Shown here one piece after another: positions 41,645-54,729 of a stretch of 64,000 nt of DNA; position 1 is the first letter of the stretch, and each line of letters starts with the position of its first letter. Source of the stretch: Octopus vulgaris (taxonomy: Eukaryota). The DNA lies in assembly GCA_951406725.2 (NCBI GenBank), contig OX597818.1, forward strand, positions 59,210,001 through 59,274,000, in the 5' to 3' direction. A program made the position numbers and the translations under genes. The notes under the pieces were generated by a model, which worked only from the letters and a program-made list of their open reading frames with translations, was not told the origin of the DNA and did not search any database.

Positions 41645-43046
41645 CAGCTGCCTTTTTTTTTACTTGTAAAGATGTAGATGAAAGCTTATTTTGTTGTTGA
41701 TAAAAGAACGGTGTGATAGGATGGCGATTGTAGGCTTTGCGGATCAGGAGAGTATCAGTAAAACACCGGACAAAATTTTCCTAGGTTTTTAGTTAATCCT
41801 AGTTATACACTTTAAATTTTACATTTCCTTTCTTCAGAATGAGAAGCATTAATTAGATACTGGAGGGACGAAATCGATTAAATCGGCGCCCACTGAAATT
41901 CGGCAAAATACAACAGAAATTGGAGTAGCAATAATTAAGTTCATTGTTGCTATTTTACTATTTTCCCGCCTTTATGCCTACTAGAAAATTAGTTTCGTTG
42001 TTCGATCCGAAATTTTGACGTTTATTCATTAGTGATTCATGTAAGTGGAATGAACTTACGTAAACCTGTTTCAATCATTTACTTCCGAGTACGTTCTCTC
42101 TTCTTTTAAACTGCTCGACTTTTTGTCTCTTCCATTATTATCACAGTTATTAATCACTTATCAAATACAGCAGACACACAGCAACTACATTCTTTTCAAA
42201 CGTAACACTTTTGTATTTCAATAATATTCCATTATCTGCTTGATAGATCTCATGTATATAATGGATTAATTGTATTCACTTTGAGACCGTTGGAATTGTT
42301 CCTATATCCAGGTTGTTCTATAAAAGTTACCAAACCCATTGCACATTCTTTATAATACATGAGAAACCATTTCAAATATAGGACATAGCGATAATAAAAT
42401 TTATTTGCTTTTCTTTAAATATTTATCTCGATTCGCTCTCAGAACAATGTATTTTATTTCTGCTTCTCCACAAGATTCCTATTCTCATTTTATTGATTTC
42501 TCACCATTTAGTCGTTCTAGCTATTCACCCAGAAACACGAAGAGATATCTTCATTAACCTAATAAAAGTGTGCTGAACAAATAGTTGGTTATACTGAGTG
42601 TAATAAATACTTTCCAATATATGATTGGAAAAAAAAGTATATAACGTACAACGTATATATTCGAAAGGACACGGACCTCATATATCTTATATTGCGAAAA
42701 TACAAAGGAATCGCAGCACAATTTGAAACGTATATTTTCCATTATGCCGTGCAAAATATATTAGTGTGTGTGGTGATAGAAATGAAGGTGGGATCGAAAT
42801 TAGTTGTATTCAGATTTGTTCTGCTTTCGAAATACAGGAGAATCGTTCTATTAAAGAATTTTACATATATATCAGCGCAAAGACATTGGTTTGACAATAT
42901 TTAGATAATGCTTGATTACGTAACAAAAACTAAATGCAATGGACTTAGAAAGAAATGGAAACTTATGGTATTGTAAATATCTGGAGAGACTACAGTAAAG
43001 TAACAAAAATACTCTGACGAATAAATCGATATTTGATTAATTGATT

Positions 43047-43456
43047 ACTCTTTTACTCTTTTTTATTCTTTTACTTGTTTCAGTCATTTGACTGTGGCCA
43101 TGCCGGGGCACCTTCTTTAGTCGACCCCAGGACTTATTCTTTGTAAGCCTAGTACTTATTCCATCGGTCTCTTTTCCTGAACCGCTAAGTTACGGGGACG
43201 TAAACACACCACCATCGGTTGTCAAGTGATGTTGGGGGAACAAACACACACACACAAACACACACACACAAACACACACATATATATATATACGACGGGC
43301 TTCTTTCAGTTTCCGTCTACCAAATCCACTCACTAGGTTTCGTAGGCCCGAGGCTATAGTAGAAGACACTTGCCCAAGGTGTCACGCAGTGGGACTGAAT
43401 CTGGAACCATGTGGTTTGTAAGCAAACTACTTACAACACAGCCACTCCTACGCCTC
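43047..43456 (-). mobile_element. SINE family A
   Basis: Full-length copy. Confidence 0.9.
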
Positions 43457-44226
43457 GTTATTAAATTTACTTAATATTTAAACTTAAAGAATCTATATTG
43501 ATTGGTAAAATGATCCTTGCAAATATTATAGGCGTTTGTGTGTTTATGTATACATGTATGCAAGTGGCCACGTAGTTATTGTGTTAGATTTTCGACCGTA
43601 AGGACATGATTTCGATTCCCCCAGTGTAGGATTCGATTGTGTTGTATAACAATACTGTTTACTCTCCATGGCTCCTGTCAGTCAGTATAACATGAGTATA
43701 CGACTCACTAATGTCGCCATAGCAACTATTTCTCTAGTATTGGGTCATGCACACATAACTCGAGAGTACGTACCATATGACCACTTAATGGGAACTGAAT
43801 AATAATAATATGGATATAATGTCCGTTCTTTTAACGGTATTAAATATGATATACGATTCACTTCTGATATCTTCCAAAAAAGATAACCGGTACATAATCA
43901 TTCATTACGTAATTGTACGTTATATACTCGACATCGTCAGTGTATAAACTTGGACGTAAAATGCGAACGGATTAACACGAATATTGTAGTTTTTGATTGA
44001 GGTTAGCAGAGGAAATGTACATAAAGTACATATAAATATATTCAGGTGATACACGCAAGGGACAATTTGTCTTAAAAAAAGAAAAAAGTAATAAACGCTA
44101 ACATGAAATCTTGAAAACATGCAAATCTTTCAAACATGAAAGATGATATCTTAATTACTTAATAACATACCCAAAAAGTATTCACTGCAAATTTCGCATT
44201 AATATCACAACTCTTACATTTAACAT

Positions 44227-44295
<69 letters not shown>

Positions 44296-44509
44296 TTGTT
44301 TTAATATATTTGAACATTCTTGAACGATTTTTTCTTGAAACTATTAATAACTGAATGTTAAATAATAGCCAAACATATAGAATATAACAATTTATTCAGC
44401 ATAGAACACTTATTGAATTTTATCTTATATCCATATAGCTGAATATGATTAAATGCGTGTGTTTATAACTTTGGGTTTGTTCACATACTTTTGTATATCT
44501 AAATATACA

Positions 44510-44777
<268 letters not shown>

Positions 44778-44909
44778 GTATGTGGGTTTAATTCACAGGT
44801 GATCTAAACGATTAATTACGCTAGATAAATGCTGTAACAGATTACTAGGGCTCCAAGGTTATAGCCGAGACGATATATATGGAGCGATTGCAGATTTCCG
44901 ATGCAGTGG

Positions 44910-45074
44910 ATATATAATTGTTAAACAGGACAACAAACATTAAAGCAAGGCAAACATATCAAGTCGTATAGAATATTATTATTATTGGAGATGTTTTCCT
45001 AATGATAATATTGTATAAGACTTATGCTGTTTCCTTTGATTTGATGTTTGTTGTCCTGTTTAACAATTATATAT
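44910..45074. mobile_element. Foldback/MITE-like 165-bp palindrome
   Basis: Perfect 31-bp outer inverted repeat (44910-44940/45044-45074) with imperfect pairing to the centre; TA-rich ends. Confidence 0.75.
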
Positions 45075-45082
45075 TATATATT

Positions 45083-45141
<59 letters not shown>

Positions 45142-45231
45142 TGTGTATGTACGTACGTATATATATATATATATATGTATATGAAAAAATAAGTCAAAAT
45201 AGAAAATGCTAAAACAATTTTATAAAGAATA

Positions 45232-45275
45232 TTTCAGTACCGGTTTCGGTCATTTTGAGACCTTTTCAACTGTAA
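45232..45275 (-). ncRNA. Minimal type I hammerhead motif, U3-A8 core variant, in a Penelope-like fragment (45183-45630)
   Basis: Minus: ttacag-TTGAAAA-ggtc-tcaaaat-gacc-GAAA-ccgg-TA-ctgaaa. Confidence 0.7.
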
Positions 45276-45629
45276 CGATTAAATAATTAAATTTAGAAAA
45301 ATTAGAAGAAAAGTTTTTTTAAAGGAATATTTGTATAGTGTTCAGATATAAGTGGCATTCTGCCTTTCTCTGACCCCCTTGTTTGCACTTGTGTGTTCTA
45401 GGTCGTTGTGAATTCTTGGTAGGGTAGAAGAAGAAGGCTGATGAGGAGAGGGGGTGGGAAAATCTGGGAGTGCCCTAATGGTCGTATTTTGAATGGTCAG
45501 TGGCAGCTTGCAGTCGCAGTTCAATTCAGGAGAATATTTCTATTGAAAGGCTTGTTTATGGAATTTGCGTAGGTGTTATACTAAAAAGCATTAGTGACAA
45601 AGTTAAGAGGTAGAAGGTGGAGAAGTAGG

Positions 45630-45800
45630 AGAAGAAGAAGAAGAAGAAGAAGAAGAAGAAGAAGAAAAAGAAGAAGAAGAAGAAGAAGAAGAAGAAGAAG
45701 AAGAAGAAGAAGAAGGAGGAGAAGGAGAAGATCATGATGATGACGACGACGATGATGATGATAATGATGATGATGAAGAAGAAGAGGAAGAAGAAGAAAA
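45630..45800. repeat. (GAA)n(GAT)n microsatellite
   Basis: Direct tandem repeats. Confidence 0.95.
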
Positions 45801-45857
45801 AAACAGAGAAGGGAGAATATGAATGGGTGAAAGTAGTGAGGTATTGTATATATATAT

Positions 45858-46533
45858 GTTAGTTAGTTAGTTAGTTAGTTAATTTGGCTCAAAAGCAAAT
45901 AGCAAGGCTATGTAGAGGGACATGGAGTTAAGTACAGGGTGGTGTTCGTGTAAAGAGTTCAGGCCACTTGAGGTCCAGGGAGGCTTTGAACAAAGCGGTC
46001 GTCGGCATCTTCACCATCTCGTCTGGCAGCTTGTTCCACGGATCCGCAACCTGACGGAGAAAGCTCCTCTCCTTCGATTGAGATGAAATCGTCGCAGGTA
46101 GAGCTTTTCGGAATGACCCCGCAGCCGACGCTCTGGAGCAGGAGTGAAGAACAGCTCTTTCGAGAGGTTACACTTTCCGCTTATGATGTTGTGGGCGAGA
46201 ATGAGATCACTACGGCGGCGGCGTTTTTCAAGAGAATAAAGGTCGAGCGTCCTCAGCCTTTCTTCGTAGGACAAATTTTTGAGACCATGAACCATGCGGG
46301 TAGCCAGCCTCTGGACTCTTTCGAGATGCTGTATGTCTTTGAGGAGATAAGGAGATGAGGCCTGAATCCCATACTCCAATATGGGTCTCACCAGCGTGAC
46401 ATAGAGTGGTAGGAATATGGCTGCTGTGAGCATTCCGAAAGACCGTCGAATCAAGAACAGAATTCCGCGTGCTTTGTTGGCAGCATGGACGCACTGGTCC
46501 GAAGGCGAAAAGGAGGAATCCACCAAGATACCT
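45858..46533 (-). mobile_element. CR1/L2-group LINE 3' fragment, same family as 35190-36037
   Basis: Near-identical peptide GILVDSSFSPS..RRGAFSVR; (CTAA)n tail. Confidence 0.92.
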
Positions 46534-46549
46534 ATGTGTGTGTGCGCAC

Positions 46550-46580
<31 letters not shown>

Positions 46581-46842
46581 TGTGTGTATACGGATGGTAG
46601 GATAAGTTTGTATAAGTGTGAATGCATGTATATGCATGTACGTGTATGTCTTTTTGTGAAAAGCAATAACATTATCCTAGTTCATACGTATTCGTGTATT
46701 TCATATTTTCACTATTATGCTATAAATAATAGTTATAGTTAATACAGTTATAACGGCCTAACGACCAACAACTCTTCATCGCAGCGCCTTTACATATCTG
46801 AGACAGTATATTTTATTTGAAAAATCAACCCATTAATATATA

Positions 46843-47051
46843 AACTGACCCTATAGGGTTCAAGAAGTCTTTGGACAGATTCCTTCAAGAAATCCCGGAT
46901 AAACCCCCTACACCCGGATATGTCTCTGTAAACAATAACTCTCTACTTGAGTGGGCCATAGTGCCCAAATTCTGACTTGAAAGACTTCACCAGGTGGTGC
47001 TATTAAGTTAGACATGGCCGAAACCTATCAAAGTATCAAAGTATCAAAGTA
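46843..47051 (+). mobile_element. CR1-like LINE 3' end, same family as 10545-10762
   Basis: FKKSLDRFLQEIPDKPPTPGYVS; (TATCAAAG)n tail. Confidence 0.75.
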
Positions 47052-47619
47052 TATATATATGCATGTACATAAATGTGTGTACGTGTGTGAGTGTGTGTTT
47101 GTGTGCCTGTACCTGTGTGAGTGTGTGTGTGTGTAACTATACCTGTTTGGTGTGTGGGTGTGTCCCTGTGTCTTTGCTAGTGTGTGTGTGTACCAGTGCG
47201 TGTGTCTTTTTGCATGGTTATAAACTATTCAAAAGTCATAACAATTTCCTTTTAATAAAATACCTTCTCTTATAACAAATGTGAGCACCTTTTTGAGCTC
47301 CATGTGTCTATGACACATGTGGGAATGCCTACATTGTCAGAAACATTTTTTTCATATTCAGAGTTATTGAATCATGCAACAAACTACCTGCATCCATTGT
47401 CGGTTGCCGAGACATTGTATCCTTTAATACCTACAGTTTCCTACATGTTTTCGGCAACACTACACCTGATATCCTCCACCCTCGTTCGTTACATGTACAT
47501 CATGACTCATACGCTGTTCACTTTCCTGACATTTGTATATAATTCTATGTACAGTACGTGCACCTTTGATGAGCTGTAGTACACCTGAGCACTATACACA
47601 ATAATTTCATTATATATTA

Positions 47620-48020
47620 CTAGCAGTACCGCCCGGCGTTGCTCGGGTTTGTAAGGGAAATAACTATATAAGCATTTTTAGAGAGTTATAGCCAAAAAAT
47701 AGCAAAAAAATGCATTAAAAATGGAAAAACAAATGATGGTAATTTTTTTTTTTAATCGTTGACTCATCGTAGACATTTTTAGAGAGTTAGTTCCCGTATA
47801 TAATAGCGAAATAAATGCATTAAAATGGAAACAAATGATGGTAATTTTTTATTTTAAATCGTAGACTCATCGTAGACGCGCGCTAATACCCAGAATGGCT
47901 CGATATGAATCACGACTATAAGATACCCGGTTTTGGTTAAACTGTACCGCAAAATGTGGGAGTAGTTAGGAATCTAAATCGTAGGAGACAGACACACAAC
48001 TTCACTTTTATATATAAAGA
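47620..48020 (-). mobile_element. Non-autonomous Helitron
   Basis: Minus: A|TC start, subterminal hairpin cccgagc-aac-gccggg, CTAG|T end, no TSD; internal ~100-bp tandem duplication. Confidence 0.8.
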
Positions 48021-48401
48021 TATCCTATATATTGTAACAGTAAATTATAGCGGTAAGATACCTTCTCCAAAAGCATCTTTGCCATTTTAGATTAGTTGCC
48101 TGGAATGTATGAAATCCACAAGATAGGCGAGTCAAGTTAGAACATATATATTGCGTTTTTCCGAAGTTAACGGCGGAAATCATTACATGACTTTAATAAT
48201 GGTAATTAATGAAGTTTTTAAAACGAGCGTTACCCACGAAACGTGGTTTCTGAAACGAACGAAGTTTCGCTAACATTTCTCCATATTTCCCTTATAGAAA
48301 TTGAAATTGCAGAACTTCAAATTCTACCTGAACTCTATTACAGGTCTGAAACAGTCAGTAAAAACCTTTGTACATTTCTCTACAGGGGTAGAGCAAAAAT
48401 T

Positions 48402-48797
48402 CAGGGTGGACCAAAATGATCTGACACATTTGGAGGCTTAATAAAAGTACAAAATAAGAAATAATGAAAAGAAAAAAATTATTTTCTGAATGTACGTAGA
48501 ATGCCATTTTATTTCATTAAGTTTTAAAAATTAAATCAGCTAAATGCTTCCCATCATTGTCAACACGCTGTTGGAAGACGTTCATGAAAGTTATCGATAA
48601 CTCTTTGGATCATTTCTTCTGGATTGGTTGCTATTTCTACACAAATTGCGTTTTAAATCATCAATAGATCGAAGGTGGTGACTGAATACTCTTGATTTTA
48701 AATATCCCCACAAGAAGAAATCACATTTCACCATTCCAGATTTATTTTGTGTTTTTATTAAGCCTCCAAATTTGTCAGATCATTTTGATCCACCCTG
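48402..48797 (-). mobile_element. Internally deleted Tc1/mariner-superfamily element with ~55-bp TIRs
   Basis: cagggtggaccaaaatgatctgaca.. / ..tgtcagatcattttgatccaccctg|TA; internal DFFLWGYLKSRVF motif. Confidence 0.85.
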
Positions 48798-49312
48798 TAT
48801 ATCAAAAATATAATTTAAAAATTCTACTTTGCATGAAATCTAGAAGCAAACAAATTACAGGAAAAAAAAATGATTCTATGAAGATTCTCAAAGACAACAG
48901 TTTCCATAACATGAGCATCATTGCTGCTGATTCGAAATATTTCTTAGAATCCATTTTAAGTAAATGTGGAAATAACTGCAAAGCCATATAACAATTATGT
49001 GTTATATCGAACTGTTTCTTGATAATTAGATGTGGAGTAGACGTAAATTGCTAGTAAAGTTGCAGGTGCATAGAGATTGGAATTAGTTGTTTTTTTCTCA
49101 TTTATTCAAAATGGATTCTTAGAATGATTTCGAATCATCATCAATGACTTTGAAAACTGTTAATTTTGAAAGCTTCCAGACAATAAGTTATCACTTTCTT
49201 TCGTTTTTTCTCGCACAAATTATGTAATTTGTTTGTGTCTAGACTTGATTCAAAGTACGGATTGTTATATTCTGTAATGCTGGGCGGATGAAAAGCAATC
49301 AGGCATTAGAAA

Positions 49313-50150
49313 TCTAATCTATAAAATGAAGAAGGTGGACGTTGGTACAAATTGGACTTTTAATGGGGCTGGAAGGGGATTAGAATTTACAGGGGTGGGT
49401 TACCTTCAGGTGAGAAATTGATTGGGAGACGTTTTGAGGCGCTACAGAGATTTGCTTTTGTGTGAAAACGGGTATTTTATTGATTTTGGGGGAGACTTGT
49501 GGATCTAGATTGGACACCTTTTGTCCGAGTTCAATCAAATTTTCAACATGGAAAAGTGGAAGCGGATTTTTGATTTAAGCGCGGAAAATGGGTTCAAAAT
49601 TTTGAAAATTAAGGCAAGATTTTTTAAGTTGAAAAAATGCTTCATTTTTACTTATTTTGCCGTTGAAATTTTATTGTTTACAGTTTTTATTTTTTCTGAG
49701 AGAAATTTACAGCTGCATGTAGCCCATGTTTAGAGCCTTCATTTGCATGGTCATTCGTCGAAAAAGTCCCAAAATGAGTAGTAAATTTAACAAAGAAATC
49801 CTGTTTTTCCTTATTTTTAATCGCTCAAATAGTGGCACGTACAAAAGGCAAGTGTGCTTTCAGTAGTCACTGCCTGATATTTATGATTAATCTTTCAAAA
49901 TATTTTCTTTCTCAACTTACTCAAGATCTTTTGATTTTTTATAAATGGGATATAGATAGATAGAGGAAGATAGAGAGTAAGAGAAAGCGAGGGAGCGACT
50001 GAGAGAAAGGAGGAGTAAGAGAGTGGGAAAGTGAGAAAGAAAGGAGAGAGAAATAAAGAGGGAGACTGTAGCGATAAGAAACAGAAAGGAAGCAACCGAA
50101 AGTAACAACCACACCCTCACCCGCTCTATGCGCGGGTCACCTTAAGCTAG
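49313..50150 (+). mobile_element. Non-autonomous Helitron
   Basis: A|TCTAATCTATAAAAT start; hairpin acccgc-tctatgc-gcgggt (50119-50137); CTAG|T end. Confidence 0.65.
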
Positions 50151-50179
50151 TTACCTATACAATATTTAACATCTCTAAG

Positions 50180-50692
50180 TCGGCGAGCTGGCAGAAACGA
50201 TAGCACGTTGGGTTTGTAAGCAGAAACGATAGCGTAGCCGTATTTCGTCTGCCGTTACGTTCTGAGTTCAAATTCTGTCGAGGTCGACTTTGCCTTTCAT
50301 CCTTTCTGAGTCGATAAATTAAGTACCAGTTACGCACTGGGGTCGATGTAATCCACTCAATCCGTTTGTCTGTCCTTGTTTGTCCCCTCTGTGTTTAGCG
50401 TCTTGTGTGTAGTAGAAAAATAGGTATTTCATCTGTCTTTACGTTCTGAGTTCAAATTCCGCCGAGGTCGACTTTTCCTTTCATCCTTTCGAGGTCAAAA
50501 AATTACTTACCAGAAAAGAAATAGATATTTTGTCTGCTTCTACGTTCTGAGTTCAAATTCCGCCGAGGTCGACTTTTCCTTTCATCCTTTCGAGGTCAAA
50601 AAATTAATTACCAGTTGCGTGCTGCGGTTGATCTAATCGACTGGCCCCCTCTACAAAAATGTCGGGCCTTGTGCTTAGAGTAGTAAAGAATA
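50180..50692 (+). mobile_element. SINE family B multimer
   Basis: One head followed by three body units. Confidence 0.85.
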
Positions 50693-50781
50693 TTTAGTAT
50701 CACTGAAATCACGAGAAAAATATTTTTTTAACCAGAAAAAATAAATGGGGATTCCTAATTGTCTTATTTCTTATCTTCCAG

Positions 50782-50812
50782 ATGACCGGATATTTGACTG
50801 TTCAGGAGTGAG
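50782..50812 (+). CDS. Candidate 31-nt micro-exon
   Basis: Acceptor tcttatttcttatcttccAG, donor agGTAAGA; only open frame (x)DRIFDCSGV. Confidence 0.35.
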
Positions 50813-50922
50813 GTAAGATAACCGCACGCTATGAAACGTGGAATTCCATTGTTTTCACAGCGTGCATGGAAATGTAAGCATGCAACACTACGTCCGGAGA
50901 CAATGAAAAGTTGTCATACATA

Positions 50923-51325
50923 GGCGCAGGAGTGGCTGTGTGGTAAGTAGCCATGGTTTCTGGTTCAGTCCCACTGCGTGGCACCTTGGTCAAGTGTCTT
51001 CTACTATAGCGTCGGGCCGACCAAAGCCTTGTGAGTGGATTTGGTAGACGGAAACTGAAAAGAAGCCCGTCGTATATATGTATATATATATGCATGTGTG
51101 TGTTTGTGTGTGTGTGTTTGTCCCCCTAGCATTGCTTGACAACCGATGCTGGTGTGTTTACGTCCCCGTTACCTAGCGGTTCGGCAAAAGAGACCGATAG
51201 AATAAGTACTGGGATTACAAAAGAATAAGTCCCGGGGTCGATTTGCTCGATTAAAGGCGGTGCTCCAGCATGGCCGCAGTCAAATGACTGAAACAAGTAA
51301 AAGAGTTTCAAAGAGTTAAAGAGTT
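50923..51325 (+). mobile_element. SINE family A
   Basis: Full-length copy. Confidence 0.9.
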
Positions 51326-51329
51326 GATC

Positions 51330-52338
51330 ACCACGGACTCCGTATACAATGCAGGAAGAAATGGCCATCCAACCAAGTACCGATCAGCGGAGAACGTGGC
51401 AACAGTACAAGGAAATGCTTAATCGCAGCCCGCAAAAATCAACCCGTCAAGCAGCACGTGAGTGTAGATTAACAAGAAGACACAAAATACATACAATGTC
51501 GCATAAAGAATTGAATTTCTGTCCGTGGAAACCTCATTACGTGCAGGAGCTAAAACCTGAAGACTCTCTTACTCTCTTTTACTCTTTTACTTGTTTCAGT
51601 CATTTGACTGCGGCCATGCTGGAGCACCGCCTTTATTCGAGGAAATCGACCCCGGGACTTATTCTTTGTAAGCCCAGTACTTATTCTATCGCTTTTTTTT
51701 TGCCGAACCGCTAAGTGACGGGGACGTAAACACACCAGCATCGGTTGTCAAGCAATGCTAGGGAGACAAACACAGACACACACACATATACACACACACT
51801 TATATATATATACATATATATGACAGGCTTCTTTCAGTTTCCGTCAACCAAATCCACTCACAAGGCATTGGTCGGCCCGGGGCTATAGCAGAAGACACTT
51901 GCCCAAGATGCCACGCAGTGGGACTGAACCCGGAACCATCTGGTTGGTTAGCAAGCTACTTACCACACAGAACCACTCCTGCGCTTATGACTGTGACCAC
52001 AGAATGGAATATGCAATGACCTACAAGAAGTTCAGATCTCCAATGTGATTTTTAACTTTGGATATTACACAAAACCTCCTACTCTTGAGGATTTAGAAAA
52101 ATGGATTCAGGAAGTTCTCAGTGTTATCTCAGATGACATCCTTCGGAGGATTATTCATTCCATCCCTGGCCGTTTGAGGAAACCGGCTGACGTCACCGGT
52201 GCTTACGTTGAAATATGAAGATTAAATTTCATTCTCCCAAGTAATAAAGAACATGTATCATTTGTTTCAATAAATTTGGAAGAGGAATATGGAGTTTATT
52301 ATCAATTTTTAATGCCTACTTACTTTTCACCCACCCTG
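51330..52338 (+). pseudogene. Tc1/mariner-superfamily (maT/rosa-like) transposase relic interrupted by SINE A
   Basis: RSPQKSTRQAARE..KELNFCPWKPHYVQELKPED|CDHRMEY continues across the SINE; ends in tacttttcacccaccctg|TA; related piece at 58945-59035(-). Confidence 0.75.
51565..51985 (-). mobile_element. SINE family A
   Basis: Full-length copy. Confidence 0.9.
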
Positions 52339-53769
52339 TATATTGTTCTGCACAGAAGAGAACAGAGATTTCACAGACTTTCTCAAACTTGTATTTCATT
52401 TCATGTAGAATTTGAAGTTCTGCAATTTCAATTGTTATAAGGGAAATGTTAGCGAAACTTAGTTCCCCTCAGAATCCCCGTGGTGGGGGCAAGACACTTT
52501 GTAAGAAGCTCATTCATTAGTATTACTGAAGTCATGTGAGGTTTTCTGCTTCTCACTTCAGAAAAATGTTATATATGTTCTAACGTGACTCGCCCATTTT
52601 GTGGGTTTCATACATTCGAGGCATATAATGTAAAATGGGACTTTAGACGTAATGATACAATTAAGTTTTACATGTGCGAGAAACTGTAAAATATGTAGGT
52701 AAATCAAGAAGGTATATACTCCGTTGCTGTATGTTGTTTGTTCACACAAGTTAGTCCCGTTTCAACAGGTATGATATAGGTATATCGTCTCTCAGAAACC
52801 CAGGATATGAAATATTCAATGTCGATTTCTTTCTGTTTTGACAGAGTAATTTATGATTTAAATGGAGATATTGTTATTATTTCTGGAATAACGAGAGAAT
52901 AAGTAAACCTTACTGTTTGAAGTGGTGTCCATGGAGTGTATTTGCTCAATCGGGGAAATTTGCGATGTAGTCTAATATGTGTGTGTAAAATGAAAAGGAC
53001 TCCGTGTATTTGCTCCACAAGACAAACTACTCGAGATAGAATTTATATTTTGCTTATTCTCTGAAGAGAACGCCAGGAATCTTCAGAGGAATTTAATAGT
53101 TCTAATGGATGAGTTTCTTCCAAGGATGTAGTTGTCTGATCAATATTACAGATCATGACATGTATAAATAATAGAGATATATCTGTTTTTCACAATTTCC
53201 TCTCTGTGCTATAACGCTCTTCCTTTCATGATTATGCTGAAAATATTTGTTTTGATTCTCAAAACAAATGCTTGCGTGTTATAATTGTCCGATTTCTCTG
53301 TAGCACTCAGTGATGTGCTTCGTATTTCCCCACCTTTTTTTCATATACCTGTTGATATTTTATGTAGCGAATAAAAATTTAAATTATATAAATTTGTGTG
53401 GTTTGGGTATTAATAATTAATCATTTCATGAGCTGGTTTTCAACTGGCTTGTTTTTCTACTTTAGTTTACTAATAGAATACCCGTTGGTGGTTGGCCATG
53501 CTCATTCGTTGTCCATCTTCATAGAACCCTTGGTTAGTAAGGCATTTACATTCTTCTAAAGAAACGATGGATTATGTCACCATTTCTAGTTTGTATTTCT
53601 GTAAACATATCCACATTTCCATGCAAGTGGATCAAGGAAACGTGTTTGATCTACAGAAAGAGGTATGTCATTTTGAATCTAAGTGGTTAAATCTAGAAAT
53701 ATATAAGAACAGTTATTTGTTCAATTTCTTGGATGATGAGTTATGTTCTAAATTTTATTTTAAATTATT

Positions 53770-53980
53770 GTTTCTATTCTAGGCACGCGGGTGGAAAGAT
53801 TAAGGGGAAATGGAGTCAATCAATCGACCCCTGTGCTTATCTGCTACTTATTTCATCGATCCCCAAAGAACGAAAGACAAAATGAATCCTGACGTGATTT
53901 TGAACTCAGAACTTATAAATGGACGAAATGCCGCTAAATATGTTGCTCAGTGTGCTAACGATATTGCCAGGTTCACATCG
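53770..53980 (-). mobile_element. SINE family B, old degenerate copy
   Basis: ttgaactcagaac..gacgaaatgccgctaa..tgctaacgat. Confidence 0.55.
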
Positions 53981-54729
53981 CTAGTCTTCCTTTAAATTAA
54001 TATCTTAATGTTTACCATTACCGTGAATACATTCTCCACATGTCTGGTGCATATAGTACGTTTAGTATGTTTCTCTCCTACAGCCATGATGAATGCAGTG
54101 AATGTGGGACCGAATGAGAAACCATAGCTTCTCCAGCATCTGCTCACTGAACAACAAAGCTTCTGTTGCAGTAAAACAACATAGATACGTTAGGAAATGT
54201 TGCCATGTTAACTTGAAATTTATAATCAGAAATGCATTGTCCCTTCTAGACTTAATTCAAATGTTAATCCTTTCGTGCAGATGTCAAGATCATGCAATGG
54301 ATTCCTTCCATGCGACAAGGCAGACGTACCGCACCATGTAGCTTTATTACTCTTTGGTATCTTCTATGGTAATTCGAAAATTCATAACTGTTTGGTGAGA
54401 TTACGCATCCACTAAAATGTATACGTAGTATTGCTTTTTTTAATGTGTCGTGCAGCTGGGAATATGTCTGATCAAATTACCATATTTTGCAACATAACAG
54501 TCGCAAAATTGTCATATTCTGCGGCATATCAGTCGCTCTTTCCCACCGAATGTGCCGGGACAGGTGTCGAAAGATAATGTCAGCCCTCAAATCTGAGTAC
54601 AAATCTTTAAACAAAGAGGACTTCGTTAGAAACACCGAGGTTGCATATTGGTAATGTTAAGCCGGATTAAGTGTGCCTCCTATTGCGCGATCTGATCTCA
54701 GAAGATAAAAGTCCTGAATAGATAATACC

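Noticed and set aside
53058-53092. CTGAAGA within a small palindrome
   Set aside because: No correctly placed stem II, GAAA or stem III, so not a hammerhead; the surrounding region is at most a very old retroelement relic.
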